In this document: piece by piece, positions 1-8,423 of the stretch
How positions within the stretch are numbered: position 1 is the first letter of the stretch
Layout of the letters: the number at the start of each line of letters is the position of its first letter
NCBI GenBank assembly: GCA_050293845.1
Contig: JBNKNM010000166.1
Location: 1 to 12,558 of the forward strand
Direction of reading: 5' to 3'
Source of the DNA: Pseudobacteriovorax sp.
GTDB taxonomy: Bacteria; Bdellovibrionota_B; Oligoflexia; Oligoflexales; Oligoflexaceae
DNA: 12,558 nucleotides
The notes under the pieces: generated by a model
Told to the model about the DNA's origin: nothing
Database searches by the model: none
Seen by the model: the letters and a program-made list of their open reading frames with translations, nothing else
Made by a program: the position numbers and the translations under genes

Positions 1-2
1 CT

Positions 3-86
3 TTCTTTTTGCCTATGTTACTTAAGGTTGCTAGTCTCTTTTTTATAGCTCTGATTCCTGGGATCATCTTGCTTTTGCATCGATAG
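3..86 (+). CDS. 3' end of a probable membrane protein (partial, runs off the left edge)
   Basis: My translation of + frame 3 is open from the window edge: FFLPMLLKVASLFFIALIPGIILLLHR*, TAG at 84-86. It is strongly hydrophobic, like a terminal TM helix. The other two + frames stop earlier. Confidence 0.45.
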   Translation, partial: FFLPMLLKVASLFFIALIPGIILLLHR

Positions 87-232
87 GGTGTGCGTAGAAA
101 ATGCGAACTCAATTTTCAGATCCTAGATAAATGGCATCAATATTCAAAATAATTCAAAAAGGTGTGGGTTGAGAGTCAACTTAACTATGTTGGAGTAGGA
201 TTTCAGAAAAGTATAAATTAGATCAGATATAA

Positions 233-496
233 TTGTATATGAGTTTAAATGAAACTGAAAAATCTCCATCCTATGGAAACTTTCTTCAAACATTTTCACA
301 AACAAAAAACTTACAAAATTTTCAATCTCACTTAAGCAATACAGATTTTTTTTCAAATCTCGAACAAATGGAAGGTCAGTATAACTTTCAGAAAGTATTT
401 CCTGCTATCATGATTTTAAATGAACACAGTCAAAAATCTCTTGGGCATAGCTTTAGGGGAGAGAGAATTTCTCCCCTAATCATTAGCATCAATTGA
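233..496 (+). CDS. Possible small hypothetical protein (Q/N/S/F-rich), probable ATG at 239
   Basis: 87-codon ORF in AT-rich DNA, convergent with lon, with TATAAT at 227-232 just upstream. No clear RBS or recognisable motif, and its 3' end runs through the 453-479 hairpin. Confidence 0.25.
   Translation: MYMSLNETEKSPSYGNFLQTFSQTKNLQNFQSHLSNTDFFSNLEQMEGQYNFQKVFPAIMILNEHSQKSLGHSFRGERISPLIISIN
453..479. terminator. Stem-loop downstream of lon, possible terminator or mRNA 3'-end protector
   Basis: Perfect 10-bp inverted repeat TTAGGGGAGA (453-462) / TCTCCCCTAA (470-479), about 30 nt past the lon stop. There is no good U-tract on either strand. Confidence 0.5.
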
Positions 497-509
497 TGGT
501 GAGATCATG

Positions 510-2900
510 TTAACTCAAAAGCGGGGGAGGATTGTCTAAGGCAAGATCATTAAACTTAAAAACATCATCAAAGGTAAAGTTTAGCTTTAGCCCTTCCTCG
601 ATAACCTCTTCTGCCGTTTCTACAAAAATAATGTCTAGTTCTTTACGGACTTCTACTGGAACTTCATGGAGGTCTTTTTTATTTTTTGCTGACAAAAGAA
701 CCTTTTTAACACCCGCACGATGGGCGGCTATGACTTTTTCTTTTATTCCACCAACGGGGAGTACAGTGCCCCTTAAGGTGATTTCACCACTCATGGCAAT
801 GTCGGACTCCACACGCTTCTGGGCAATAAGAGAAACCAGTGAAGAGAGCATGGTTATACCGGCACTTGGACCATCCTTAGGAATAGCCCCAGAAGGAACA
901 TGAACATGAATGTCAAATTTGTCGTACTGGAAACGGGGATTAATTTTATTAAGATGAGCCCGGACATGACTCATGGCGATTTGTAGTGATTCCTTCATGA
1001 CATCGCCCAATTGTCCTGTGATCGTTAGCTTACCACTTCCTGGCATCAATTTACTTTCGATAAACAAAATCTCCCCTCCCAGGGGTGTCCATGCTAACCC
1101 TGTAACGACTCCAGGAGGTAGGGAAGCTTCAGTAAGTTCCAGGCTATAGGGTTCAGGTCCAAGAGTTTTTTCTAAGTCCTGAATGGTAATTTTAATACTG
1201 TCTTCGTTAGTTTGGCGCAAAACTTGCTCGGAAAGGTTGCGGCAAAGAGCTGCTATTTTCCTCTTCAGTTCACGAACACCCGACTCTTTAGTGTAGTGAG
1301 TGATAAGGTGAAGAAGGGCATCCTCAGCGATGGATAACTTATATTGAGCCAAGCCGTGTTTTTCAATCTCTTCAGGCCAAAGGTGTTTTTTGGCAATAAA
1401 TAGCTTTTCAGCTGTGGTGTAACCGCTAAGGTTGATAATTTCCATACGGTCTCTTAGGGGGGCTGGGATTCCCTCTAATGAGTTTGCCGTAGCGATAAAT
1501 ACTACATGGGAGAGATCGTATGGGACGTCCATATAATGATCTTCAAAGGTATTGTTTTGTTCGGGGTCTAAAGCTTCAAGCAAAGCACTGGCTGGATCTC
1601 CTGCCCAACCTTGACTTAATTTGTCGATTTCATCCAATAGAAATACTGGATTATTGGTCCCTGCGCGTTTGATGCCTTGAATTATCCGTCCTGGCATGGA
1701 ACCTAGGTAAGTCCGGCGATGACCTCGAATTTCAGCCTCATCGCGAATACCACCTAGGCTCACACGTACAAACTTTCTTTCCATGGCTGTAGCGATACTT
1801 TTGCCAAGGGAGGTTTTTCCCACTCCGGGAGGGCCGACGAGCAATAGAATGGTGCCTCTTTGCCCTTTGTTGAGCTGCATAACGGCTAAGTGTTGGATGA
1901 TTCTATCTTTTACTTTAACAAGGCCGTGATGCTCCCTGTCGAGTAATTCCCGTGCTTTGACAATATCAATATCTTTTGCTTTGGGCTGTCCCCAAGGAAG
2001 CTCACAAAGAAGGTCTAAGTAATTCCTGATATTGGGGGCTTCCGGTGATGCTGAAGGAGTCGATTCTAATCTTTTCGCTTCATCTCTGGCGACCTTTTTT
2101 ACTTCCTCTGGCATGGGTAATTCGTTGATTTTTTGCACAAAGTTCAAGTCGCTATCACCTTCACTGAGGTCACCCAACTCTTCTCTGATAGCTTGCAGCT
2201 GTTCTCTTAAGATGACTTCTCGCTGCTTCCGGTCCATTTGTTTTCCCAGTTTCTGCCCTAGCTCTACTTGCACTTGCAAAGAATTCTTGCGAATGTGCAG
2301 TAGATCAAGAATTTTTAGCAGACGCACTCTTATTGAAGGTGTCTGTAATAATAGCATTTTTTGATTCAGGGTCAGGTCTAAGTGGGCGGCACAAAGGTTG
2401 ACAAAAAGCTCAGAATCGTCAAGGGATTGTACTAACTCGCTAAGCTTTTTAGAGCCAGAACCTTGGGAGAGTTTTAAAATCTCAACCGCAATGCCTTTTC
2501 CAGACGTCAAAAGCTGCTCTAGTGTCGCATCATCGATATCTACTTCGGTTTCAATAGGCTTATAGCAGCCTAATAGTAGGTCCTGATCTTCATCTGCTGT
2601 GCTACTTTCACTCAGCTCAGCACGAATCAAACCATTGAGAAGGACCTGAAAGCTATCCTTGTTACTTCCTTTCGACTGCTCCACCTTGCAAAGGGTTCCG
2701 AAATTATATAAGTCTTGGGGTGTGGCTTCTCCCGTTTTAGTTCCTTTTTCAACGGGAATCACAAGGACGCGGCCTGACCCCGACAAAGCGGCTTTGATAG
2801 CCTTCTTGTTACGGCGTGAGGCTACAGTTAAAGGTACTGAATTATTGGGAAATATAATAAGCTCGCGGGTCACGAGTATGGGGTACTTTTCGGACGACAT
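510..2900 (-). CDS. lon: ATP-dependent Lon protease (endopeptidase La, LonA type)
   Basis: N-terminal LON domain (YPILVTRELIIFP), Walker A GPPGVGKTS, EAEIRGHRRTYLGSMPG, Walker B FLLDEIDK, catalytic Ser motif PKDGPSAG and Lys motif VGGIKEK. I placed the start at ATG 2900 because GGAGG lies 5 nt upstream of it; the ORF-track start is 2912. Confidence 0.98.
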   Translation of the reverse strand: MSSEKYPILVTRELIIFPNNSVPLTVASRRNKKAIKAALSGSGRVLVIPVEKGTKTGEATPQDLYNFGTLCKVEQSKGSNKDSFQVLLNGLIRAELSESSTADEDQDLLLGCYKPIETEVDIDDATLEQLLTSGKGIAVEILKLSQGSGSKKLSELVQSLDDSELFVNLCAAHLDLTLNQKMLLLQTPSIRVRLLKILDLLHIRKNSLQVQVELGQKLGKQMDRKQREVILREQLQAIREELGDLSEGDSDLNFVQKINELPMPEEVKKVARDEAKRLESTPSASPEAPNIRNYLDLLCELPWGQPKAKDIDIVKARELLDREHHGLVKVKDRIIQHLAVMQLNKGQRGTILLLVGPPGVGKTSLGKSIATAMERKFVRVSLGGIRDEAEIRGHRRTYLGSMPGRIIQGIKRAGTNNPVFLLDEIDKLSQGWAGDPASALLEALDPEQNNTFEDHYMDVPYDLSHVVFIATANSLEGIPAPLRDRMEIINLSGYTTAEKLFIAKKHLWPEEIEKHGLAQYKLSIAEDALLHLITHYTKESGVRELKRKIAALCRNLSEQVLRQTNEDSIKITIQDLEKTLGPEPYSLELTEASLPPGVVTGLAWTPLGGEILFIESKLMPGSGKLTITGQLGDVMKESLQIAMSHVRAHLNKINPRFQYDKFDIHVHVPSGAIPKDGPSAGITMLSSLVSLIAQKRVESDIAMSGEITLRGTVLPVGGIKEKVIAAHRAGVKKVLLSAKNKKDLHEVPVEVRKELDIIFVETAEEVIEEGLKLNFTFDDVFKFNDLALDNPPPLLS

Positions 2901-2954
2901 ACCTTCCTCCATGGTTAGATCGGAAGATAGGGCCCTCCGACATCATCTTTATAA

Positions 2955-3031
2955 AATGATCATCAAACAGTACTTGTCAAGTGAGTGCATCCTATTTCAG
3001 GTAATTAAGCCTTTGTTGAGCTTAAGGTCAA
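2955..3031 (-). promoter_or_regulatory. Putative lon promoter/operator region
   Basis: Minus-strand TTGACA (plus tgtcaa, 2975-2980) sits inside the palindrome ACTTG-T-CAAGT (2972-2982). A second near-perfect palindrome TTGAGCTTAAGGTCAA (3016-3031) contains minus-strand TTGACC. The matching -10 boxes are poor. Confidence 0.3.
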
Positions 3032-3236
3032 GCGGTGAATTTCAAAGTAAACCTCTAGTTGAGAGAAAGAAAAAGGTGCTGATACTACACAAAGCATCAT
3101 AAGATTTATGTGTAGAATTCCTAAAAAACCTCTTCGGACTATTCAAATATATTATACTCGCTCAGTCATGCCACCACCTTGATCATGGGAAACTACTACG
3201 GTGAAGAAGATATCTTTAGTTTCATAATAAAAAAGA

Positions 3237-3271
3237 TTGAAATTTTATACATTGTGTAATAGAAATGCTAC
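3237..3271 (+). promoter_or_regulatory. Putative promoter and operator of the barrel/lipoprotein/nuclease operon
   Basis: TTGAAA (3237-3242)-17 nt-TAGAAA (3260-3265). The spacer contains the near-palindrome TTATACA-T-TGTGTAA (3245-3259). Confidence 0.3.
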
Positions 3272-3367
3272 GCCAAAAACTACTGGCTTAGTCTCCGACT
3301 TTTCTAAGGTATTCCGGTATGGTTCGTTGGCGGAAATGGTAACTTTAACAGAATTAGGCAATTACAA

Positions 3368-4750
3368 ATGTTAAAAAGCAGCTCGGCCCTTTTTATTTCG
3401 ACCATGTTGATCGTAACCCCAATAAGCTATGGTGAAGAGTCCCAAGAATTGGGAAGTGAGGAATCCTCAGAAGTTTTTCTTGAGCGAGTTAGTATTGAGC
3501 AAAGATTTCACTCTTCGAGCAAGGGGTTTGAAGCTGGAGAACGCAATAAACTCGAAGCTGCTTTTCAGTATCAGCCTTCAACAGACAGCTTCTTTCGACT
3601 GCGCTTTGATACCGATCCTAAAAAAAATCCAAAAGAAAATAAAACGTCAGAACTCGAACTCATTATGAACCACCGTGTTCTAGATTTTGAGATACAGGCT
3701 GATTTAAAAACAGACCTCGATGCGGGAGACACTGGTGGTATCAGTTTCGGACCCGATGTGAATTCTGAAGATAGCTTCATCCGCTACAACATCATGGACG
3801 AGCTGTCCTTAACCCTATATCCCTTCAACTTCAAGAAAAGTATGGGTGAATTCTTCTATATGTATAATATCACTCAGATATTTTATATTGATGGCACTCC
3901 CGATGTGATTCCTCAAGTGGAAACAGCTGATGTCAGTCTAAGGAATAAAAGTCTACCAGGCTTTGATGTTAGCTTTAAACCTATAGAAAACTTGGCTATA
4001 ACCGTTGGCGTGGGCGCAGCACGATACCTCTATCCCAGTGATCCCGATTTTACGTTGGAAATTCCGGGCGATCAAAATGGAGTTGGTATTGCTTCCGATA
4101 GCTGGCAGTCCAAAACTGACACCGGCTTGAAGCTAGGTGTTGAACTTGAAACAGACATTGTGAATGTAAGCTTTGAATATTTGACCCACAACAATGCTGA
4201 CGAAACGGGTTCTCTTATGGAATCCGCAGCCAACCTTCAGGTTGTTAAAGGATTAGGGATTTTTGAATTGGGAATGGAACTGGCTTACTCTAAGGCTGGT
4301 GAGAATGCCTACAATGTCACTGATGATTTTAAATGGTTTGCTGAAGATACTTTGTTCAGACCAGTTTACTCCGATGAATATGGAGTCCATCAAAACTGGT
4401 TAGGTGAAGTAGGTTTTGCCTATCATTTTAAACTCAAGTATCTGGCAAACCCAAGTATCAATCCTTACATCGCTTACAGCTTACTAGGTGAAAACTTCAT
4501 TTTCTGGGACGAGGAGTCAGCCCACCGTCTACGTACAGCAGATCGTGCGCTATCGCATGGTGGTTTAAAGATATATGGACTTGGTGTTGATTTTCTTCGT
4601 GGAAAATATTCCATTCGCCCTGAATTTGAATATCTGGCTGCAAAAAACGAAGTCTTTCATAACAAAACTGACTTGCGTAGTGCAGAAAACCTTACCAGTC
4701 GCAACAAAAACCAATCGCGTGTAACTCTTTATGTGACTTATGAACTATAG
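3368..4750 (+). CDS. Secreted protein, probable outer-membrane beta-barrel (porin-like), family not recognised
   Basis: Sec-type signal peptide (MLKSSSALFISTMLIVTPISYG). Many amphipathic alternating strands (KLEAAFQYQ, FFRLRFDTD, ELELIMNHR, LKLGVELET, ELGMELAYS, AYHFKLKYL, SIRPEFEYL). C-terminal beta-signal-like strand RVTLYVTYEL. No alpha-helical TM segment. Confidence 0.75.
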   Translation: MLKSSSALFISTMLIVTPISYGEESQELGSEESSEVFLERVSIEQRFHSSSKGFEAGERNKLEAAFQYQPSTDSFFRLRFDTDPKKNPKENKTSELELIMNHRVLDFEIQADLKTDLDAGDTGGISFGPDVNSEDSFIRYNIMDELSLTLYPFNFKKSMGEFFYMYNITQIFYIDGTPDVIPQVETADVSLRNKSLPGFDVSFKPIENLAITVGVGAARYLYPSDPDFTLEIPGDQNGVGIASDSWQSKTDTGLKLGVELETDIVNVSFEYLTHNNADETGSLMESAANLQVVKGLGIFELGMELAYSKAGENAYNVTDDFKWFAEDTLFRPVYSDEYGVHQNWLGEVGFAYHFKLKYLANPSINPYIAYSLLGENFIFWDEESAHRLRTADRALSHGGLKIYGLGVDFLRGKYSIRPEFEYLAAKNEVFHNKTDLRSAENLTSRNKNQSRVTLYVTYEL

Positions 4751-4786
4751 AGCTGGCAAAACCACTTACGAAAGAAAGGTCTAGTT

Positions 4787-5848
4787 ATGAGATTTCTTAG
4801 TCCCTATATCATTCGTCTCATGGTATTTGCAGGAGCTATGATGTTTAGCTCTTGCAGCCAGACTTCGTCTGACACTACTGATAAAAATCAGCAAGGTACA
4901 CCAGTATACAGTTACATCGTCGAAGCTATTGATATGATCAATGAGATCAATATGAAAATTGATCGCGGCATGTTACTGAAAAATCTACGCGCAGCAGAAA
5001 AGAAAGAGTTTGAAGATTACTTCTATGAACTTAAAGTAGTTCTAGAAAGAATGAAGAGGGATCCTGAAAATGAGGGGGCCATTGATAACTTCGTTGTCTT
5101 AAAAGATCGCTTTACACAGCTATCGCTTCAAGAGGCTGATGTTGGGCAATTGGAGCGTTTGAGAAATCAATTCCAACTGATCTTTGATGAGCTGGTGATT
5201 ATACCCAAAAAGAAAGTCTTTTTTGCCGAAGAGTTTGAGACTGTCGGTGAGCTTGGCCAGTTTACGCAATATATTGTGAGTGGCAATACTTCCTGGACTT
5301 CAGCGGAATACAAGGAAAAAATTTATGCAAAGATAAGCGCTTACAAGAAGACCGAGCCCTCTAATGCTTGGTTATTGTCCCCCCATATCGACCTTACCAA
5401 TATTACCGACCCAGTTTTTCAGTTTGATCAAACGGTGGGCTTTCTTGAGGATTGGAGTGAACTAACAGTTCAAATTTCTACAGACTACGTGAAGGGAAAT
5501 CCTGAAGATGCGACTTGGACGGAACTGGTTATAAAGAACCGACCTGAAATTGGTGATAATTGGCAATGGGTTACCTCTGAGGAGGTATCTTTAAGTGAAT
5601 TTGCTGGTGAAACCATAGTTTTAGGAATGAAATATACGGCTGGAACGAGCAAGCAGTCTACTTGGGAGATTGATTGGGTGAGGCTATCCGGGATGTTTGA
5701 AGGTACTGTCAACGTAACTCCCCTTGAGTCGCATGAGCATACAATTTCAGGAGAGTTGAGCTATCACAATTATTTTGATGGTGAAGCCGTTATAGATACA
5801 AATGGCGCTGGGCATATTCACGAAATACAGGTTGGCGACAACAATTAG
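4787..5848 (+). CDS. Lipoprotein: helical N-domain + DUF5017/choice-of-anchor-J-like beta-sandwich + His-rich tail
   Basis: RBS GAAAGG upstream. Lipobox MFSS-C23 (TGC 4853-4855) followed by an S/T/Q/N linker and a charged helical region. From about 5216 to 5692 there are motifs typical of cleaved-adhesin/DUF5017-like domains: FFAEEFE, NAWLLSPHIDL, LTVQISTDY..G.P..ATWTEL, SEEVSLSEFAG, TWEIDWVRL. The tail has HEH..H..HIH. Confidence 0.75.
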   Translation: MRFLSPYIIRLMVFAGAMMFSSCSQTSSDTTDKNQQGTPVYSYIVEAIDMINEINMKIDRGMLLKNLRAAEKKEFEDYFYELKVVLERMKRDPENEGAIDNFVVLKDRFTQLSLQEADVGQLERLRNQFQLIFDELVIIPKKKVFFAEEFETVGELGQFTQYIVSGNTSWTSAEYKEKIYAKISAYKKTEPSNAWLLSPHIDLTNITDPVFQFDQTVGFLEDWSELTVQISTDYVKGNPEDATWTELVIKNRPEIGDNWQWVTSEEVSLSEFAGETIVLGMKYTAGTSKQSTWEIDWVRLSGMFEGTVNVTPLESHEHTISGELSYHNYFDGEAVIDTNGAGHIHEIQVGDNN

Positions 5849-5861
5849 AAAGGGGCCTAAG

Positions 5862-8423
5862 ATGAAATTATGGCACATATACTGTGTGTTAAGTTTGAGT
5901 GCCTTTAGTGGATGTGTTAAAAATCCTTCAGCCACCTATAAGACAGAGCAGTTTGTAAGCACTGAAGGGCGTTTTCTTCAATCGAGTTCTGCAGGTAATC
6001 TTTTTGCCACAGCAATCAAGGAAGAAAACAATCTCGACATGGCCTTTGTACCCACCGATGCTCTCCTCGATGAGGGTTTTGCATTGGTGACGCCAAATAT
6101 GAGCTCTTCCCATTTGAATACGCGGCTTTATCAACAAGTATACAATCAAAAGCGATCTGCCTATAGAGTAGGTACCATACTAGGTAGGGATCTGGAAAAA
6201 TTTATCCTCTCGCGTACCATGGAAACTCTGCGCCATGACCTTCATGTGGCGGGCTTAACCTACGATATCGTTCTTGCTGGTGGAGTGCCACAAGTTGTCC
6301 ATATCCGCGATGAGTCAGGTGAACCACTTGAACCCGATAGGCTATACAGAATAGCTGTGGAAAACCAAGCTTATCGTACGGTTTTTCCTGGCTACTACTA
6401 CCGCCAGGGTTTTAACTTTAGCTTCCATCTAGAAGACCGTGTGGTTTATGCTAAGGATAGCGTTTTGAGTTACCTTTCACGGGTGAAATCATTAAAGTCT
6501 TTTGAGCGCTTAAGGTCACAGGTGACATTAGTAACCCGTGGAAAAGTACCTGGTATTACAGCCATTGGAACTATTCAAGGGAATACTCATTTTTCCAAGT
6601 ATGTTGGCAAAGTCGTTACCGTCGAGGGCGTTGTAACAGCATTTGGCGCTGATAATGAAGGGAGTCGTTCCGGTATCTATGAGGGCTTTATCCAGTCGGT
6701 GCAACAAGATAATGATTTGCGTACATCAGAAGGCATTTACGTTGATTTTCTAGGGCTTGATGTCTCCGACATATCAGTAGGTAGTTTGATTCGGGCTACA
6801 GGAGTCGTGTATGAGGATGTAGTAGATGAAGGACTGACGCGTACTGGCTTGCGTACCTTATCCGAGCTTACGGTGCTCGCACAAAACCAGACCCTACCCA
6901 GGGCGGTTATGCTAGGGGAAGATATAAAAATTCCTAACCAAGCTATTTCCCGTTTCGCCGGTAATCTAAATAATCGTCGTTATCTTCACCTTGACGAAGG
7001 GCTAGACTTTTGGGAGTCCTTAGAAGGTATGCGTGTTAGGGTGCCTCAACCTCAAGTGGTTGGCTTTGCAGGTGGTAGAAAAGACTTGCTGTCACGGGAC
7101 AGACCTAAGGGGTATATCAATATATTTGTAGCTGCAAAGAATTCCCTAAGTCCGAAACAGCTAACTCCCCAAGGAGGAGTGATTATCGATAATCTCGAAT
7201 TTGATTATAATCCCGAGATTATCCGTGTCATTGACCATCACTTGGCGCCGTCTGTGAGCCCCAAATATGTATATGAAGTGGGGGAAATATTACCTCAAGA
7301 TTTGTGGGGAGTCTTAGGTTACAATTTCAATCTTTTTGGCAGCGGTGAATATACTCTCTATGTTACTAGCGGCGACTTCAATGAGGGACGTAGCAAGAAG
7401 GTGACTCCTCTCTCAGATAAACCCAAAAGTTCCTTGATGCCGACGCCTCATCGGTTGACCGTCGCCTCTTTTAATGTAGAAAATCTATCGGGAAATGCCG
7501 AAGACACTAGTGGTGATCAAAAACGCTTTAATAACATCGGTGAAGCCATTGCTAACAACTTGAATTGTCCTGATATTTTAAATCTTGTGGAAATTCAGGA
7601 TAACGATGGTCCTATTGATAGTGGTAGCGAGCAATTAGGTCCGGATGCCAGCCTTACCTTGCAACGTCTTGTAGATGCCATTACCTGCCCGGAAGATGTT
7701 GTCTATGAGGTTATCAATATTGACCCGTTTGAGAATGCCGAGGGAGGCGAGCCTGGAGGGAATATTCGCGTAGCCATGATCTACAATAGCAACAGAGTAA
7801 GCTTCACCCGTAGAGGGCTTGCCAATGCTGATACGGAGGCTTACTTTGACTCCTCTGGGACTTTAGTAGCGAATCCTTCCCGGATTGACCCGCGCCATCC
7901 TGATTTAAAAGGGGTAAGAAAGCCCTTGGTCGCTGAGTTTCTGTTTAAGGGAGAAAAAATTATTGTGATTGGTAATCACTTTAATTCTAAAGGCTCCGAT
8001 ACCTCGTTATGGGCTGCCAACCAACCACCGCAATTCAAGTCCGAAAGTAAGCGCACCAAAATTGCCGCCTTAGTGAATAATTTTGCGACGCAAATCCTCA
8101 ATAAGGACTCTGAGGCAAACGTGATAATTTTGGGTGACTTCAATGACTTTAACGAGTCAAGACCCCTTAAAACATTAGAAGGTTCTAATCTCGAAAACCT
8201 GGCTAATGTCAAAGATAGTGATGGTCAACCCCTTGTGTTACCAAACGATCAGTACACCTATAACTTTGGTGGAAATTCGCAACCACTTGACTTTATAATT
8301 GTTTCTGAAAATTTAATAACGAAAAAAGATCCAAAGCTTGAAATCATCCATATTAACACGGACTATATGGGGCAGGTATCGGATCATGATCCCATCATAG
8401 CTAGCTTCGAATTTAAACCATAA
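5862..8423 (+). CDS. Extracellular lipoprotein nuclease (ExeM/NucH-like; OB-fold + endonuclease/exonuclease/phosphatase domain) with an N-terminal 5'-nucleotidase C-terminal-like domain
   Basis: True start is likely ATG 5862 (RBS AAAGGGG 5849-5855, just after the upstream stop), giving lipobox AFSG-C18. OB-fold motifs IGTIQG..SKYVGKVVTVEGVVTA, GFIQ...D.D.RTSEGIYV and DFWESLEGMRV. EEP catalytic motifs ASFNVENL, LVEIQD, NHFNSKG, ILGDFND, LDFI and SDHDP (8379-8393). Confidence 0.92.
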   Translation: MKLWHIYCVLSLSAFSGCVKNPSATYKTEQFVSTEGRFLQSSSAGNLFATAIKEENNLDMAFVPTDALLDEGFALVTPNMSSSHLNTRLYQQVYNQKRSAYRVGTILGRDLEKFILSRTMETLRHDLHVAGLTYDIVLAGGVPQVVHIRDESGEPLEPDRLYRIAVENQAYRTVFPGYYYRQGFNFSFHLEDRVVYAKDSVLSYLSRVKSLKSFERLRSQVTLVTRGKVPGITAIGTIQGNTHFSKYVGKVVTVEGVVTAFGADNEGSRSGIYEGFIQSVQQDNDLRTSEGIYVDFLGLDVSDISVGSLIRATGVVYEDVVDEGLTRTGLRTLSELTVLAQNQTLPRAVMLGEDIKIPNQAISRFAGNLNNRRYLHLDEGLDFWESLEGMRVRVPQPQVVGFAGGRKDLLSRDRPKGYINIFVAAKNSLSPKQLTPQGGVIIDNLEFDYNPEIIRVIDHHLAPSVSPKYVYEVGEILPQDLWGVLGYNFNLFGSGEYTLYVTSGDFNEGRSKKVTPLSDKPKSSLMPTPHRLTVASFNVENLSGNAEDTSGDQKRFNNIGEAIANNLNCPDILNLVEIQDNDGPIDSGSEQLGPDASLTLQRLVDAITCPEDVVYEVINIDPFENAEGGEPGGNIRVAMIYNSNRVSFTRRGLANADTEAYFDSSGTLVANPSRIDPRHPDLKGVRKPLVAEFLFKGEKIIVIGNHFNSKGSDTSLWAANQPPQFKSESKRTKIAALVNNFATQILNKDSEANVIILGDFNDFNESRPLKTLEGSNLENLANVKDSDGQPLVLPNDQYTYNFGGNSQPLDFIIVSENLITKKDPKLEIIHINTDYMGQVSDHDPIIASFEFKP

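Noticed and set aside
144..356. Minus-strand 70-aa ORF
   Set aside because: F/L/I-rich translation typical of AT-rich non-coding or antisense DNA, with no motif, and it conflicts with the + ORF.
487..498. Perfect 12-bp palindrome CATCAATTGATG
   Set aside because: Isolated and short, at convergent gene ends, with no supportable function.
2965..2991. Possible CIRCE (HrcA) element upstream of lon
   Set aside because: Only the GAGTGC half (2983-2988) matches. At the required 9-nt spacing the other arm (AAACAGTAC) does not resemble TTAGCACTC.
532..3102. Plus-strand ORFs 532-903, 2032-2364 and 2659-3102
   Set aside because: Antisense shadows of lon with no motifs.
3085..3120. CTACACA/TGTGTAGAATT resembling a Cas12a-type CRISPR repeat stem
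   Set aside because: Single occurrence, no repeat-spacer periodicity and no cas genes.
5802..5861. ORF-track start of the nuclease at 5802
   Set aside because: It overlaps the upstream gene. ATG 5862 has an RBS and yields a proper lipoprotein signal peptide.
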